In this document: one piece after another, positions 13,331 to 29,157 of the stretch | Numbering within the stretch: position 1 is the stretch's first letter | Layout: each line of letters opens with the position of its first letter | Assembly: GCA_964016885.1 (NCBI GenBank) | Contig: OZ024741.1 | Coordinates: forward strand, 383,284,001 to 383,348,000 | Reading direction: 5' to 3' | Length of the DNA stretch: 64,000 nt | DNA from: Eledone cirrhosa | Taxonomy: Eukaryota | Notes under the pieces: model-generated | The model's database searches: none | The model's input: only the letters and a program-made list of their open reading frames with translations | What the model was told of the DNA's origin: nothing | Position numbers and translations under genes: made by a program

Positions 13331-13371
13331 GAGGGGGCTATTGCACCGGTAGCTACCCCTCGAGTGCAGAG

Positions 13372-16050
13372 GTGCTGCCCGTGGTAAAAGTCCTGGTGAA
13401 GGGAAAGCCATTAGAAGCCCTCGTGGACACGGGATGTACAACGACACTGGTGACTACGGGGGTGATGGAAAAGTGGAGAGGGGAGAGCATCATAAGGGCT
13501 GTCGACGGTAGGAAGATTGAAGGTAGAGGTCGCAGCGAGGTAGAGATGGTGATAAGGGGAAAGAGAATTAGGCTTTCAGCCATTGTGGTCGACTGCGTAG
13601 TGGATGGAATTGACGTGGTTATGGGCATGGACGCGATTGGCCGATTAGGAGGCGTCATAGTGAACGATGTTGGAGTAACATTTGGTGGCGCTGCACCAGC
13701 ATGCGCTGTGAGTACGCATCAGGAGGGCGAGAAGGCCCACGAGGAAAAATATGCCACTCACACCGTACGGGATAAGGACTTCAAGGCCGTGTTCGACAGG
13801 CAACGATGGATTGTTGAGTGGTACTGGAAGGGAGAACCGCCAAAACTGAAGAACAAAGTGGGCTTCTATCAGCACACACTGAAAAGAGATACTAGGAGAG
13901 AGTTTGAGCGAGAGGTAGAGATGGATCGAGGAGGGCATACTGGTTCTCTGGAAGGAGGAGGTGAAGTGTGGGTGCTGCCGTTAATGGCTGTGGTGCAACC
14001 CACGAAGAACAAGGTGAGACCAGTGTTGCATTTTCGGGAGCTAAACGAGCATGTGTCGTGTCAAACGGGTGGTGAGGTCATGGATGTCTGCGGGGAAACT
14101 CTGCGCGAGTGAAGACGTATGACGGGGGTTTCCACGATCGTCGACTTAAAGTCGGCATATCTACAGCTACACGTGGAGGAGAAGCTGTGGCAGTATCAGC
14201 TTGTCAGGTATAAGGGCTGGACATATTGCCTGGCCAGGCTCGGTTTCGGGCTGAATTCTGCATCGCACATCATGGCGGCGGTCCTCAAGACCGTTCTGGG
14301 AAAAGCCGACAAGATGAAGATGGCCACCAATTCATACATCGACGACATCTTATTGGACGAGACTATAGTGTCGGCGGCGGAGGTCACAAGCCATTTGCGA
14401 CGATATGGATTGACTGGGAAGCCGTCAGAGGCGTTGGAGGGAGGAGCCGCACTAGGAATTAGGCTGCGAAGAGACAAGACGGGAACGTTGGTATTTCGGA
14501 GGGGAAAGGAAGTCCCGGAACTGGGCCCAAATATGAATAGACCTGAACTCTTCTCGGTGTTTGGAAAATTAGTGGGTCACTACCCAATCGCTGGGTGGCT
14601 TCGGACGGCATGCAGCTATGTCAAGAGAGGAGCGGACGGGGTGACTTAGAGTGACAAGGGGGAGAGAGCACGTTGGCCGTGATGCAGGAGATCGTGGGTA
14701 GGTGAAGGCCGATGACCCGGTGCGAGGACGCTGGTATGTCCCCGAATCGCAGAGCGGGATCGTATGGTGTGATGCCAGCAGCATAGCGTTAGGTGTCACA
14801 CTGGATATAGGAGGTGTCGAGGTCGAGGATGCAGACTGGCTCAGGAAGAAGGATGATTGTAACCACATCAATGTGGCCGAGCTGGACGCTGTGTTGAGAG
14901 GGGTAAAACTCGCCTTGAGGTGGGTACTGCGCACTATCGAGATTCGCACCGACTCGGCGACTGTATTCGGATGGATGAGGTCAGAGCTTACCAGTGAGAA
15001 GAGAGTGCGAACGGGAGGGGCGGCAGAAATGCTGATAAAGCGCCGCCTGAGTATTCTAGGTGAGATGGCCACAGAGTTCGGCCTGAAGTTGGGTGTAGTC
15101 TTCGTGCCCTCATAGAAATATAGACCAGACGTTTTAACCATTGTGAAGAAAGCCTGGATGGAAGCGCCGGAGGATGCAGAAAAGGGGATAGCCGATGTGT
15201 GTCGGCTGAGTGAGTCGGACCATAAAGGATTGCATGCCATGCACCACATGGGAGTCGATAGGCCCCTGTTCGTAGCCAGGAGAATCGATTCCAACGTTAG
15301 CAGAGACAGAGTCCAGAGTGTGGTCAGAGGCGTCGTCCGATGCAAGTCTAGCGATCCCGCCCCGGGTGTGCACGAGTCGGGAAGTCTCCCGGCGGATCGC
15401 GACTGGAAGAGATTGGCGGTGGACGTAACACACTACCGACAGGGAACATACCTCTCGATGATTAATTGTGGACCGGGATGGATGGCGATATGGAGGGAAA
15501 TGAAGATGGGAACTGCGGAGGAAATCACACGGACGTTGAGAGAGATATTCTTGGAGCGGGGCCCTGTTGAGGAACTGCTGATGGATAATAGCGCAGCATT
15601 CCGCTCGGAGGCGCTGAGGGACATGCTTGGTGGGTGGAAAATGGACCGTTTCTTCAGAGCAGCATACAGGCCGAGCGGAAATGGGATCGTGGACCGACAT
15701 CACCGTACAATCAAAGCAATGGCGGAATGGGGGCACATCTCACCAATGGAGGCAGTGTTTTGGTAGAACATGTCCCCTCGGGTGGAAGAGGCTGAGGAAT
15801 CAGTGCCACACAGAGCGATATACAAATACGAGTGGGGCACCCGTGCACGGTACCACAACCGCCAGTAGAGAGAGAGAACGCATTCGTATAGGGGGGCGAG
15901 GAAGTTAGGGTTAAGCCCCCATATGAACGATGCACATCTCAATGGGGAAAGGGAACGGTAACGGCCGTAAATTCCCAGAATAACGTGTCTGTGGACGGAG
16001 TGCCACGTCACGTCCTGGATGTCCGTAGAATCATTGTGTTGACGGACTTC
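13372..16050 (+). pseudogene. Gypsy pol: aspartic protease, RT, RNase H, integrase (stops and frameshifts)
   Basis: ALVDTGCT (PR); VDLKSAYLQ, RLGFGLNSA, SYIDD (RT); WCDASS, HINVAELDA, RTDS (RNase H); HHMG, LAVDVTH, LLMDN, YRPSGNGIVDRHHRTIK (IN). Confidence 0.9.
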
Positions 16051-16237
16051 AAGGAGGAGGAAGAGGAAATATGAGCAAGAGTAGATATTCATCATTAGGT
16101 GGAATTGGAATATTCTTAAACGAGGTACCCAAATATTGTTTTTCCATTGTGATGCAGGAATTAGATAAAAAAAAGAGCTCAACTAAATATTATAAATATT
16201 ATAATCAGTTATGAAAAATATACTGAAGGAGCAAAAT

Positions 16238-17248
16238 GCACAGAGATATCCACGGTAAGTTGTGGGGACTATTCTGCATGAAGAACTCAATGTAATCCAT
16301 ATGTTGAAAGTGTTGTAGTTTAAGATAAATCCCGGAAAACAATAAAACATTGAATGGAAAACAGAGTCATGATATAAGTTAAAACAATGAAATAAAAAAT
16401 CAAGTCATGAGAGATTTACTTCACTGCTTTACGATCGTTTCTAGATGATGATAATACATTGTAGATATACTTCGTTATTGATCTATGTAAAGTTAGTTAC
16501 AAAATATCAGATAAAGAGAATATTTACTTACACGCATATCACCAGCTGTTTTCAAAAGCAATAATAATTTTATTCAGAATTAGTAGTATATTAGTATCTT
16601 GTCCTTATTTGGAGGTAGTTGAATAACTAATCAATCAAATTGTTTTTTTCCATATGATGTTAAGATGAAAAGTAATTCACTTTAGTTGAGGTCATGACCC
16701 TTTGAATAGAATTGCCATAAAAAATCTATTAGGAGGAAAGGGGTTGTCAAATTGATAGTTGAATGTATTTGGTATAGTGAAGTTTAAAAGGAATGTAAAA
16801 ATAAATGATGATTAGTGTTGTATGGAGATTTTAGGTGAATATAAATTAAGGTCATGTCTAGGAAAGAAAGTATATTAAAAGATGAAGATTATAATGAGAT
16901 AATGAAATAATGAAATATAGTAATGCAATAATATAATATAACCAACACAATATAGTACGGTGTGGTAAATTGCACTTATACAGCATATGATACGCTCTAA
17001 AATACTATCAAGTATGTTTATGTATAAATAATCAAACTCAGATAAATACATGTTGACAGTCAAAACGCATAAATTTCATAGATCATAAAGTGCATATACC
17101 CACATTATATATAGAGAGGTATAATTACATTGATACACAACCAAAAATATACATACGCACAAATAGATGCAAACATAAATACACATTTACACATGTTCAC
17201 ATAATCATATACACACATATTTATACACACATACACACATATACCCAC

Positions 17249-17295
<47 letters not shown>

Positions 17296-17322
17296 GTTAC
17301 CTCCGATACAACCCGGAATAAC

Positions 17323-17409
<87 letters not shown>

Positions 17410-17567
17410 CACACACTCATACATGTACATACACTCATATATAATCACTCATACACATATACTCACATATACACACACGCAAACACACATCTATATATAC
17501 ACAAAATACAGACACACACATATATATATATATACACACACAAACATATACATATACATATATATTC

Positions 17568-17600
<33 letters not shown>

Positions 17601-17866
17601 CACAAATATATTCCCATATCATACATACATAGATATATATCTACTCATGCAATTACGGGTGGTTGTGTACCCTGTTGCCTTTAGTCATTAACGTATAAAT
17701 CTAAGGAAGCTAAAACATTGTTTTAACTTATATCATGACTCTGTTTTCCATTTAATGTTTTATTGTTTTCCGGAATTTATCCTAACCTACAACACTTTCA
17801 ACATATGGATTACATTGAGTTCTTCATGCAGAATAGACCCCACAACTTACCGTGGACATCTCTGCG
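16238..17866. repeat. Inverted repeat pair, ~150-bp arms (16238-16389 / 17716-17866)
   Basis: CAGAGATATCCACGGTAAGTTGTGGGG...GTTAAAACAATG versus CATTGTTTTAAC...CCCCACAACTTACCGTGGACATCTCTG. Confidence 0.8.
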
Positions 17867-18413
17867 TATATATATATCGTTTCTGAATTTGTTTAGCAAG
17901 ATTCTTTACCTGAAAACGTGTGTTGAAACAGATATTGTTATACTTTGTGAGGGTCATGTTGCCAATAAGAAACACACGGACCAGTTGCATTCACTCCAAT
18001 TTATTATAAAAATATATTTTTTTTTTCTCAAAAATAATAAATTGAAGTAGAAGCAACTGGTGTGTGTGTTTCTTATTGGCAGCATGACCCTCCCAAAGTA
18101 CAACAATATATATATATATATATATAGTTATAATTGTTTCTACATGTGGCACAAGGCCAGCAATTATCCAGTGCATTACTGGTACATTATGTTATCGACC
18201 CTGTAACGATGAAAGGCAAAGTTAACCTCGACGGGATTTGAACTCAGACAGTAAAGGGACATAACTATGCTGGATACTGCCAATCCACCGCCCTTATATA
18301 GTAATAATAATAATAAATTTGATGACTAAAATCCAAAGAGGGCTCGATAAGGATAAATATATATCAAATATATAAGAACCCTAGAGCAAATATTTATTAA
18401 AATAACATATTAA

Positions 18414-18464
18414 AGTTTAAGCAAAGAATCCCCTCTTTCACCCTTAACGGGATCTTCTGAAACT
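18414..18464 (-). ncRNA. Hammerhead-like motif with CAGAAGA core
   Basis: Reverse complement: agttt CAGAAGA tccc-gttaa-gggt GAAA gaggggattctttgc TT aaact. Confidence 0.55.
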
Positions 18465-18697
18465 AAAAAAATCAATATGTGAACGCAGAAGTAAATATGT
18501 CGAAAAACGTTGCAACCGAAGGAATACAGGAAGACGATACTTTGGTTCGTGAAGACGTACCTTGGCAACGAACGGAAAAAAGCGAAGATAATACGTCATT
18601 ATGTGGTGTGATGATACTTAGCTACCGAGCCTTATAATATAATTTAATATAAATAAGAGAGACAAACACAAATATATACATATATGGGTTCAAATCA

Positions 18698-18769
18698 TCC
18701 ACTGAAGATTAATCGGATTTGTAACTGTCTCCACTTTGTTACGAAACAGTTCTACCAAGACTGTCTGGA
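18698..18769 (+). ncRNA. Type I hammerhead with full stem III and GUC cleavage triplet
   Basis: tcca CTGAAGA (18702) ttaatcggattt-gtaac-tgtctccacttt-gttac GAAACAGT tctaccaag ACTGTC tgga. Confidence 0.65.
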
Positions 18770-19269
18770 GGTTTTGATAGTTATCATGATTCGGTTTCTA
18801 TTATTTCTTTATTTATCCTTATAATTGAGTCTGGCAAAGCGTATTGTTCATCGTTAGTAAATTATTCACCCTAGCGATTTAGGTCCCTTATGATTTGAAC
18901 GTATATATATATATATATATATATACCATTAATTGAACGTTATATGACAATACACTATATATATTGCATATGTATATATATATATATATATACATACATA
19001 CCGAAGTATATTTAAAGAATATTTTTTTTGTTTATCTTTTTAATTTGACCGAGTAAGAGCTTTTAAAAAAAGGGTGGGGGTGCGCATGAAATATTACCTG
19101 TTTCGGTGCGTAAAATCATCTTATCAAATGTTTAAAATGTCAAAGATAAAAAGTTGAAAGTTTGGAATTTGAAAAATGTCTCTTGATTTCTGGCAATGAG
19201 AATACCTGGGTTTATCTAGACGAATTATTCATTATATTTACTGTCTGTGCGATAGTGGGATTTTAACAG

Positions 19270-21633
<2,364 letters not shown>

Positions 21634-21845
21634 ATGTATATGTATGCACATGTATGTGTGTGTGTGCCTATGTGTGTCTATTGTTTCTAGTGAATGAATA
21701 GTGGGACATAGTGGTCAAATCTTCAAGATTTTTGTGGGGTTGAAAGGAAGTCGTGAAATCAGAATTTCCCAAACATCTATTTTTGGACTAATGGTTCTTT
21801 TTATAAAAATATATAATTTTTCTTTTGTTTCGCGGTGTGTTTGTA

Positions 21846-21915
<70 letters not shown>

Positions 21916-22303
21916 AGGATGAGTGAGTGAATGTGTGTGAGTGAGAGAGTGTGTATGAGCGTGTGTGTGTGAGCGTGTGTGTGTGAGGGTGAGTAAGTGA
22001 GGGTGAGTGAGTTTCTATTTTTGTGTGAGAATGTGTGTGTGCGTGGGGAAATCAATATGATATCAAATATATGCATAATATATAAAGTAATATCTGTATA
22101 CATACAGTGGGCAACAGAGACTGCAACAATGCGTATAGAAATATACACGTCAACTGGTTAGGTCCCAACTATATCCGAATTTAGATTAAAGGGGCATATA
22201 TTTTTTTCAATACACAATGTTTACATGCCTACATATTAGATATGTGCTAATATATATATATATATATACGCTTCAGCTGCTAACGCACATCTTTATATAT
22301 ATA

Positions 22304-22364
<61 letters not shown>

Positions 22365-22509
22365 GAATATATATCTATATTTATAATATATATATATGTA
22401 TTTATATATACAATGATATATATATATTTATAATATATATATATACATGATTATATATATATATTTATAATATATATATATATATATACATGTATATATA
22501 TACACACAT

Positions 22510-22582
<73 letters not shown>

Positions 22583-22584
22583 AT

Positions 22585-22631
<47 letters not shown>

Positions 22632-23256
22632 ATACATGCATATATGAACATACAGACACATGTATAGATAGTCGATGTGCAAAAAAATGTAATAAAAGTA
22701 TAACCTTGTTTTATCATTGCTATCAATGTGCTTAGATTAGATGTTTCAACAATGTGAATTTGAATTTTCCTCAGCATTTATGTAGATAACTTTACGTTTA
22801 CTTGCATTCCCGTGCATTTATTACATTTCTGATATCGCAAAGGATTTCTTCAACAGTTGCAAATACAAATATCTTATTTGAAAATCTCATGGTTTACTGT
22901 ATGCAATAATATGTAATGACCGTGTAGTAGCTACCGTTTGAACAAGCGTATAAACACGAAACTCATGTAACAACATAAATATAATTATACTCCACTGCAT
23001 GACAATTTTCATTTTCTTCTCCTTTTCGTAGGAAACAGAATATATATATATATATTTAAATATGTGTGCGTTTGTTTGTCTCTCTATGCGTACATACAGA
23101 CACAGACAAACATACATACACACACACACACACATACACCCACACATATATATATCTATTTTTTTTTAGTATATGTTGGTTGTTTACCGACAACTCAGTA
23201 TGCAGATTGGAGTACTCGACGAAGTGCGCAGGTTGGTTTGTTTACTCCGGAGTAAT

Positions 23257-23521
23257 GTAAAATAATTAAGTCAAATATGTAAAATTTGGCTTCGTTTATT
23301 ATAAATTATAGATATACTGCTATATATATTTCGGTAACAGTCATTATTAGCTGTGACCTCTTCAGGCAGTCGGAATTGGTGTGGGAAAGATAGGTACACA
23401 TGTTGTTGAAGTGTGTTTTACTCCGTCAATACATCGATATGTCCAACTCCTGGTTGTGTAGTTATTCTTCTGAGGAATAATAAACGAAGCCAAATTTTAC
23501 ATATTTGACGTAATTATTTTA
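23257..23521 (-). mobile_element. 265-bp non-coding element with ~45-bp terminal inverted repeats and an internal hammerhead
   Basis: TAAAATAATTAAGTCAAATATGTAAAATTTGGCTTCGTTTATTAT and its reverse complement at ~23477-23521. Confidence 0.75.
23316..23370 (-). ncRNA. Minimal type I hammerhead ribozyme
   Basis: Reverse complement: actgc CTGAAGA ggtcacagc-taataatga-ctgttacc GAAA TATATA TA gcagt. Confidence 0.85.
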
Positions 23522-23537
23522 TATATATATATATATA

Positions 23538-24612
23538 CAAAATTAAGATAAATTGAATTAAATTAAATTAAATCAAATTAAATTAAGGGTGTCATGTCAG
23601 ATAGACATGCGCCATATCACCCGTAAAATATGCTCCAAGATTCTACTGAGTAGATCCGAGCATTTTATATCAACTAGAAATTGATTGACATATAATTAAA
23701 CATATGAAACAATCACAGGGGATAATTTGCAAAAGGGTGTAAGCACACATAGCTAGGTAGGTAACTAAATAAAGTTAACTAGAACTTCAAAAATAGATAC
23801 CTTATAATTAGATTAATCTTCCTCGTATATATTCCATTAAAGAAATATATTTCACCAATTAATCGAATGGTAAACGACAGTAGCCAGGTCCCGGATCTTC
23901 AACAAGCAGAGGTCCAGCCATCTGTGTTTACGCATCAAGTTCAAATCAGCGACTGGCCAGTAACACGTGCTGTATCCACTAAAAATACACACATCATACC
24001 AGCTTCGTCCCAGTGGCGTGAATAGGGTTACCGACAACTAGAAACAGCAGTCAAGTCCTTTCAACTGAGTTAGCTCTACAATTAAGGGGCCGTATTTATA
24101 TACATCCAAAATTAAGGTAAATTGAATTAAATTAAATTAGATCAAAGTCAATTAATTTGTCTTAATTTTGGATGTATATAAATACGGCCCCTTAATTGTA
24201 GAGCTAACTCAGTTGAAAGGACTTGACTGCTGTTTCTAGTTGTCGGTAACCCTATTCACGCCACTGGGACGAAGCTGGTATGATGTGTGTATTTTTAGTG
24301 GATACAGCACGTGTTACTGGCCAGTCGCTGATTTGAACTTGATGCGTAAACACAGATGGCTGGACCTCTGCTTGTTGAAGATCCGGGACCTGGCTACTGC
24401 CGTTTACCATTCGATTAATTGGTGAAATATATTTCTTTAATGGAATATATACGAGGAAGATTAATCAAATTATAAGGTATCTATTTTTGAAGTTCTAGTT
24501 AAACTTTATTTAGTTACCTACCTAGCTATGTGTGCTTACACCCTTTTGCAAATTATCCCCTGTGATTGTTTCATATGTTTAATTATATGTTAATCAATTT
24601 CTAGTTGATATA
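23538..24612. mobile_element. Non-coding tandem + inverted element (569-bp unit; ~455-bp palindrome arms 23666-24122 / 24154-24612), PLE-pLTR-like
   Basis: Near-perfect inverted repeat (identical 61-aa spurious ORFs on both strands); CAAAATTAAG.TAAATTGAATTAAA at 23538 and 24107; flanked by (TA)n; homolog at 46921-47955. Confidence 0.8.
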
Positions 24613-24724
24613 TATATATATATATATATAGGAAAACATTTTCCTATTACCCACTCTACTACCCTAAGTATTGAGTACTCTGGTGCGTTATGGTCCATCT
24701 GGTTCCTTACCACACTTCCTTAGT

Positions 24725-24759
<35 letters not shown>

Positions 24760-24810
24760 ATATATATACACATATAAATATATATACACATATAAATATA
24801 CACATATATG

Positions 24811-25085
24811 TGAAGGCGAATGGCTTTGTGGTTAGAGTATTGATCTTGCAAATACGAGGGTGAGTTCGAATCCTTGACCGGGTGATAGCTTATTCAGCTG
24901 CAGAAATAAGCTGCAAAGTTACTGTTATATCAGACATTGCCTTTTCCTTGGACAACATCGGGAGCGTAGAGTTATATACATGGGCGACTACTTATCTTCC
25001 ACAAAACGTTCTCAAACTTGTACCTTATATATTAATCGCTATCATGCCAAAGACAAACGAGAACTCATTTAAAATGGCCAGTCTA
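24811..25085 (+). mobile_element. tRNA-derived SINE (related heads at 36063-36180 and 53555-53630)
   Basis: GAAGGCGAATGGCTTTGTGGTTAGAG (A box) ... GAGTTCGAATCC (B box). Confidence 0.65.
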
Positions 25086-25269
25086 TTTTGAATTGATTTG
25101 ACAACCTTATTGATTCCATAACAGATATGTATGCAAGAGATAAGATGTATTAGAAGAAATCACATAGTTAGTGTATATGGTTGGTAAGTTCTTTGAGGAC
25201 TCGTCTTTTAATAGATCTAACTTGTTTCTAACTTGTTCTGATTATCATTTCTTTTTAGATAAATCATGA

Positions 25270-27960
25270 GACATCAATCTTACTCAGAAAATGAAAGTGT
25301 ACGCGGTAATCGTTGCCCTAAACGTAGAGCGCAATGGTTTGGAGATTTCTCGCTTCCAGAATGTAAACTCTTGCAAGAGCGTCAACCCCACGTTTCCTCT
25401 TGTGCCATTTATTGTTTCTCCAGATATGGTACTTGGGTAATTCTAAGTAAGGGAGTTTTCTTCCAGCTTCATCTTCTTGACACAACATAAAAAAGGCAGT
25501 AAGGAAAGTTTCTTTTGGAGAAGGTGCTGTTGCAAGGCTGTTTGTTTTGTAAAGATAATCCTTAGGCCATTCTCTAGATGTACACTCAGATGAATGATGG
25601 GTGGATGCCTCTCAACAATGGGAAAATTGAAGATGCGCGAAAAATCCCTCATTGCTACTGATGTAGCTTCCTCTCCCATACTGTGCAACTTAATCATTTT
25701 TATTTAACTGCTGACTGCCATTCAGCATAAGAGTGTACGTTGAAGCATTTAAACTTTTGTTTATACATTTGCAAACATACTTAATGGACTTAACAGAGTC
25801 GCAGAATTCAACATTGATATGGGCTTTGAAAGTTTTTGTAAGGAGAGGACAGTAGGGTACAACCCACCGATTGTCAATGATGAATTCTTGCCCGTTTCTT
25901 CTTTCTTTTTTCGAAGTGAATCCACCATGCTCAGGTTTTCTTGTAAAGGGGGTAGCCACCTTCCTCTGTTCGGGTTTCTTGTACAAAGGGGCGTGGGTAA
26001 TTCTTGGTACACTTATTATTCCTCATGCATGGGGAGGATGGATTAATTGAACCACAATCATCTGGAACTTGACAATTTCATGCAGCAAAGGATTTTGCTG
26101 ACATAAATAAAACAATATCATTTGGCCGAAGTGTTCATGTAACCAAACCTAAATATGGCCATGTGCCAATCCTCTAGTTGTCATTCAATTGTGTACATGT
26201 CACATTTGACTGGTCTAACGACTTCACCCTTTTTAGGAGTTCCATCAGCTTTAAGTCTAAACAGCTAGCTATAACATCATGGAGATTTGTGGGCTCTTGA
26301 TGATGATAAAACAGACTATTTATTTCATGCCATGTTGTGTTACATGTGAATGTAATGAAGAGGTCTGTACGACCATAGTCTCTGACATATGTAAGTTCAT
26401 CTTGGGTACTCTCATGCATATGTCGTGGACTTCCTGTAAAGCTTGATGAAAGAGTAACACAAAGCTCTCCAATGTTATCAGCCGCAAGTGCTCCTTCGTT
26501 ACTGATTGCATCTCTCAGGTGAATGTAGTCTGATGCACGATCTTTCTGGTGTGTTCTAGTGTAAAGAAGCCTTTCTCCTTCAATTTGTGTATAGATATCA
26601 ATTGCAAATTACTGGAAGAACTCACGTGAATGATGAAGAATATTGAAGTCTTGCTCTCTTAATATGAAAAAGTAAGCAGAGGATTCCATGCAGCTTAATG
26701 TTTTTGTGAGTGCAGGAACTATTGTTTTAAGATCTGTTTGTTTGATACCAAAGTGATATCCATCTTGGCCAAATATGCAGATTAATGGATACTGGAGTAC
26801 ATCATATGATCGGTGGGTTGAATTTATCCGCTGCAGCTTATTTCTTCTTCCTTGAATAATAATATCTCTCTTGCCCTACTCTTCGCCTGTAATAATTGCT
26901 GCTACTTCATTTGTGGAGGGGCATTGTAGTGGCCTCTGTGTTCAGCAACAGGCTTTTTGTCTGCATCAATAACTATCTTGTATTCAGTGGGTGGTGCAGA
27001 TTCTAATGCATACTTGAAGCTTCTGATGTAGCTATTGTTTGCATGCAACATATCTTGCAGATCAAAGTGTAACTCTTCTTTCAAATTTGAAAGATTAAAT
27101 GACCGTTGCGAAGCCTGCTCCGTGTAATTTACCACAAAATATCGCTGTAAATACTGAGGATTGTTGCCTTCAGTTGGCAACAAAGATCCAATTCGAGGGT
27201 ATACTTTACCTTGAACTTTAAATTTTGGTTTCATGTTCCCTTTTCTTATAATATTGCTACCAAATAGGTCATTTGATATCAGAATTATAATTCCTATATG
27301 TTTTTCAAGAAGTCCATGCTCCTTGGTGTGTTTTCCAAAACGATGCCTTCAAAGTATCTGGGTGTGTACCAAACGTCAGTAAAACAACCATTCCTCCACC
27401 ACAAGTGGTGGATTCTGTTTCCCATTTCTTTCCTTTACAAAAATTGCACTCTTTTGACCAATCAATTTCTCTTTAGAATAATCATGTTTGGGATAATAGT
27501 TGAACGATGATCTTTTCCAAGTCCCCTTGAAAGGTGCAACTCTTTTGTCAAACGTATTCAGCCTACCTTGATCAAGACGCTTTCGTCTTTCCTCTGAGGA
27601 TTAGCTAAGTCTTGCAGCAACTGTTTGCTCCTGGCTTTTTCTTCGTCTAATGTCTCGCTGAACTATTTTCCCATTGAGAACACTGGCAGCTTGTCTTTGC
27701 CTTGCATCCCTTAAATGTTTTTCTCTTTCCTTTTTTGACTCTTGGCTCCTGCGGATTGCATTTTGTTGGCGTAATTGTTCAAACCGTTTTTCACTTGCCT
27801 TTTGTGACTCCTTGACCCTGCGAGCAGCAGCTCTCCTCCGGTCGTTTTCATATTTTTGCTGTCGTTAAGCTGGGCTCTCTAGTGACCTTCCTCTAGCTAC
27901 CTGTACTCGACTTTGTTTCACTGCGCAATACTAATCATATACATCTACGCGTCTCCTCTT
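25270..27960 (-). mobile_element. Helitron Rep region, heavily degraded
   Basis: FKVQGKVYPRIGSLLP..PQYLQRYF; YVRDYGRTDLFITFTCN; IDNRWVVPYCPLLTKTFKAHINVEFCDSVKSIKYVCK; ERHPPIIHLSVHLENG. Confidence 0.88.
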
Positions 27961-28102
27961 GTAGAGCGTGAGAACATTTTCCTCGGAAAATTTTTGGAAA
28001 ATTAAAATGGGGATTAAATGAAAAATTAAGTGAGTTACGTTAATATCTTAATAAGATTGAAATGAATGGTGATTGTCGAACGGTGTACTCACGCACACAC
28101 AG

Positions 28103-28133
<31 letters not shown>

Positions 28134-28685
28134 CACACACGCACGCAAATGTGCACATGCACGCAAACGCGCACACCCATGCAAACTCACACATGTACAC
28201 TTGTGCGTACACACACGCACACACTCATACATGTTGATAGTTTTTTACTTTCTGTAGAACGCCGCACACGCCCACACACACATGCACGCATGCACGCACA
28301 CGGGCACGTACATACACACGCACACATGTTAATAGTTAGTGCTTTCCTTCCCCTCTTATTTCCACACACGTATCTACACTGACATACACATACAGTATCA
28401 AACGCAGCGTCTCTCTCTTTATCTCCCCCTCTCTCTCCATCCCGCTATCCCCCTATGTTGTGCCAGATCTCTTTCAACTTCTACCATAGAACATACAAAC
28501 AGTATCAAACACACATCATCTCTCTCTCTCTCTCCCTATATCTCTCTCTTTCAACTTCTTCTATAGAAACCTCTTCTCGCTCTGTGTTTCTTTCTCTCTT
28601 CTCTCTGTCTTTTTCTCACTCTGTGTTTCTCTCGCTCACACATATTCTCTATCACCCTCTGTAACACTTCCTTTCTTTTAGTCTC

Positions 28686-28752
<67 letters not shown>

Positions 28753-29120
28753 CTCTCTCTTTCTCTTTCTCTCTCTCGCTCCAACTGACTCACACACTCA
28801 CACTATTTGCATTTCTCCCTCTATCTACAAGTGTTGTGACGAATGAGAAAATAGTGGAGGAGAAGTATAGAGCCACTTCCTCACTTTGTCTTTTCGTTTA
28901 TTTCTCCCCCTATCACTCTCTCATTGGCATTGTGCACAGACATACAAACATACTGACATCTGCTAATAGGTGTGTGTGTGTATGCGTCTGTGTAAATCAG
29001 CGTTCGTTGCCATTGTCTCTCTTTCTATCTCTCTTCACCCCTCTATCTATCTAAATATCTGACACTTTAATTGTATCTCTCTGTATAACAGCTTCTATAT
29101 CTCTCTCTGCCTCTCCCTCG

Positions 29121-29157
<37 letters not shown>

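Larger units (their letters stand above)
12283..16070 (+). mobile_element. Gypsy/Ty3 LTR retrotransposon, degenerate; probable 5' LTR ~12283-12620, no recognisable 3' LTR
   Basis: GC-rich block starting TGTGTGG; PBS-like TGGTGACGAG at ~12624; domain order gag-PR-RT-RH-IN. Confidence 0.88.

Noticed and set aside
16274-16320. ctgc ATGAAGA ... GAAA gtg TT gtag hammerhead-like string in the 16.2/17.8 kb inverted arms
   Set aside because: C3 missing in both copies, weak stems, and orientation opposite to that in the other foldbacks; insufficient support.
23852-24425. Two near-identical 61-aa ORFs on opposite strands
   Set aside because: By-product of the palindrome; TTG start and no recognisable motif.
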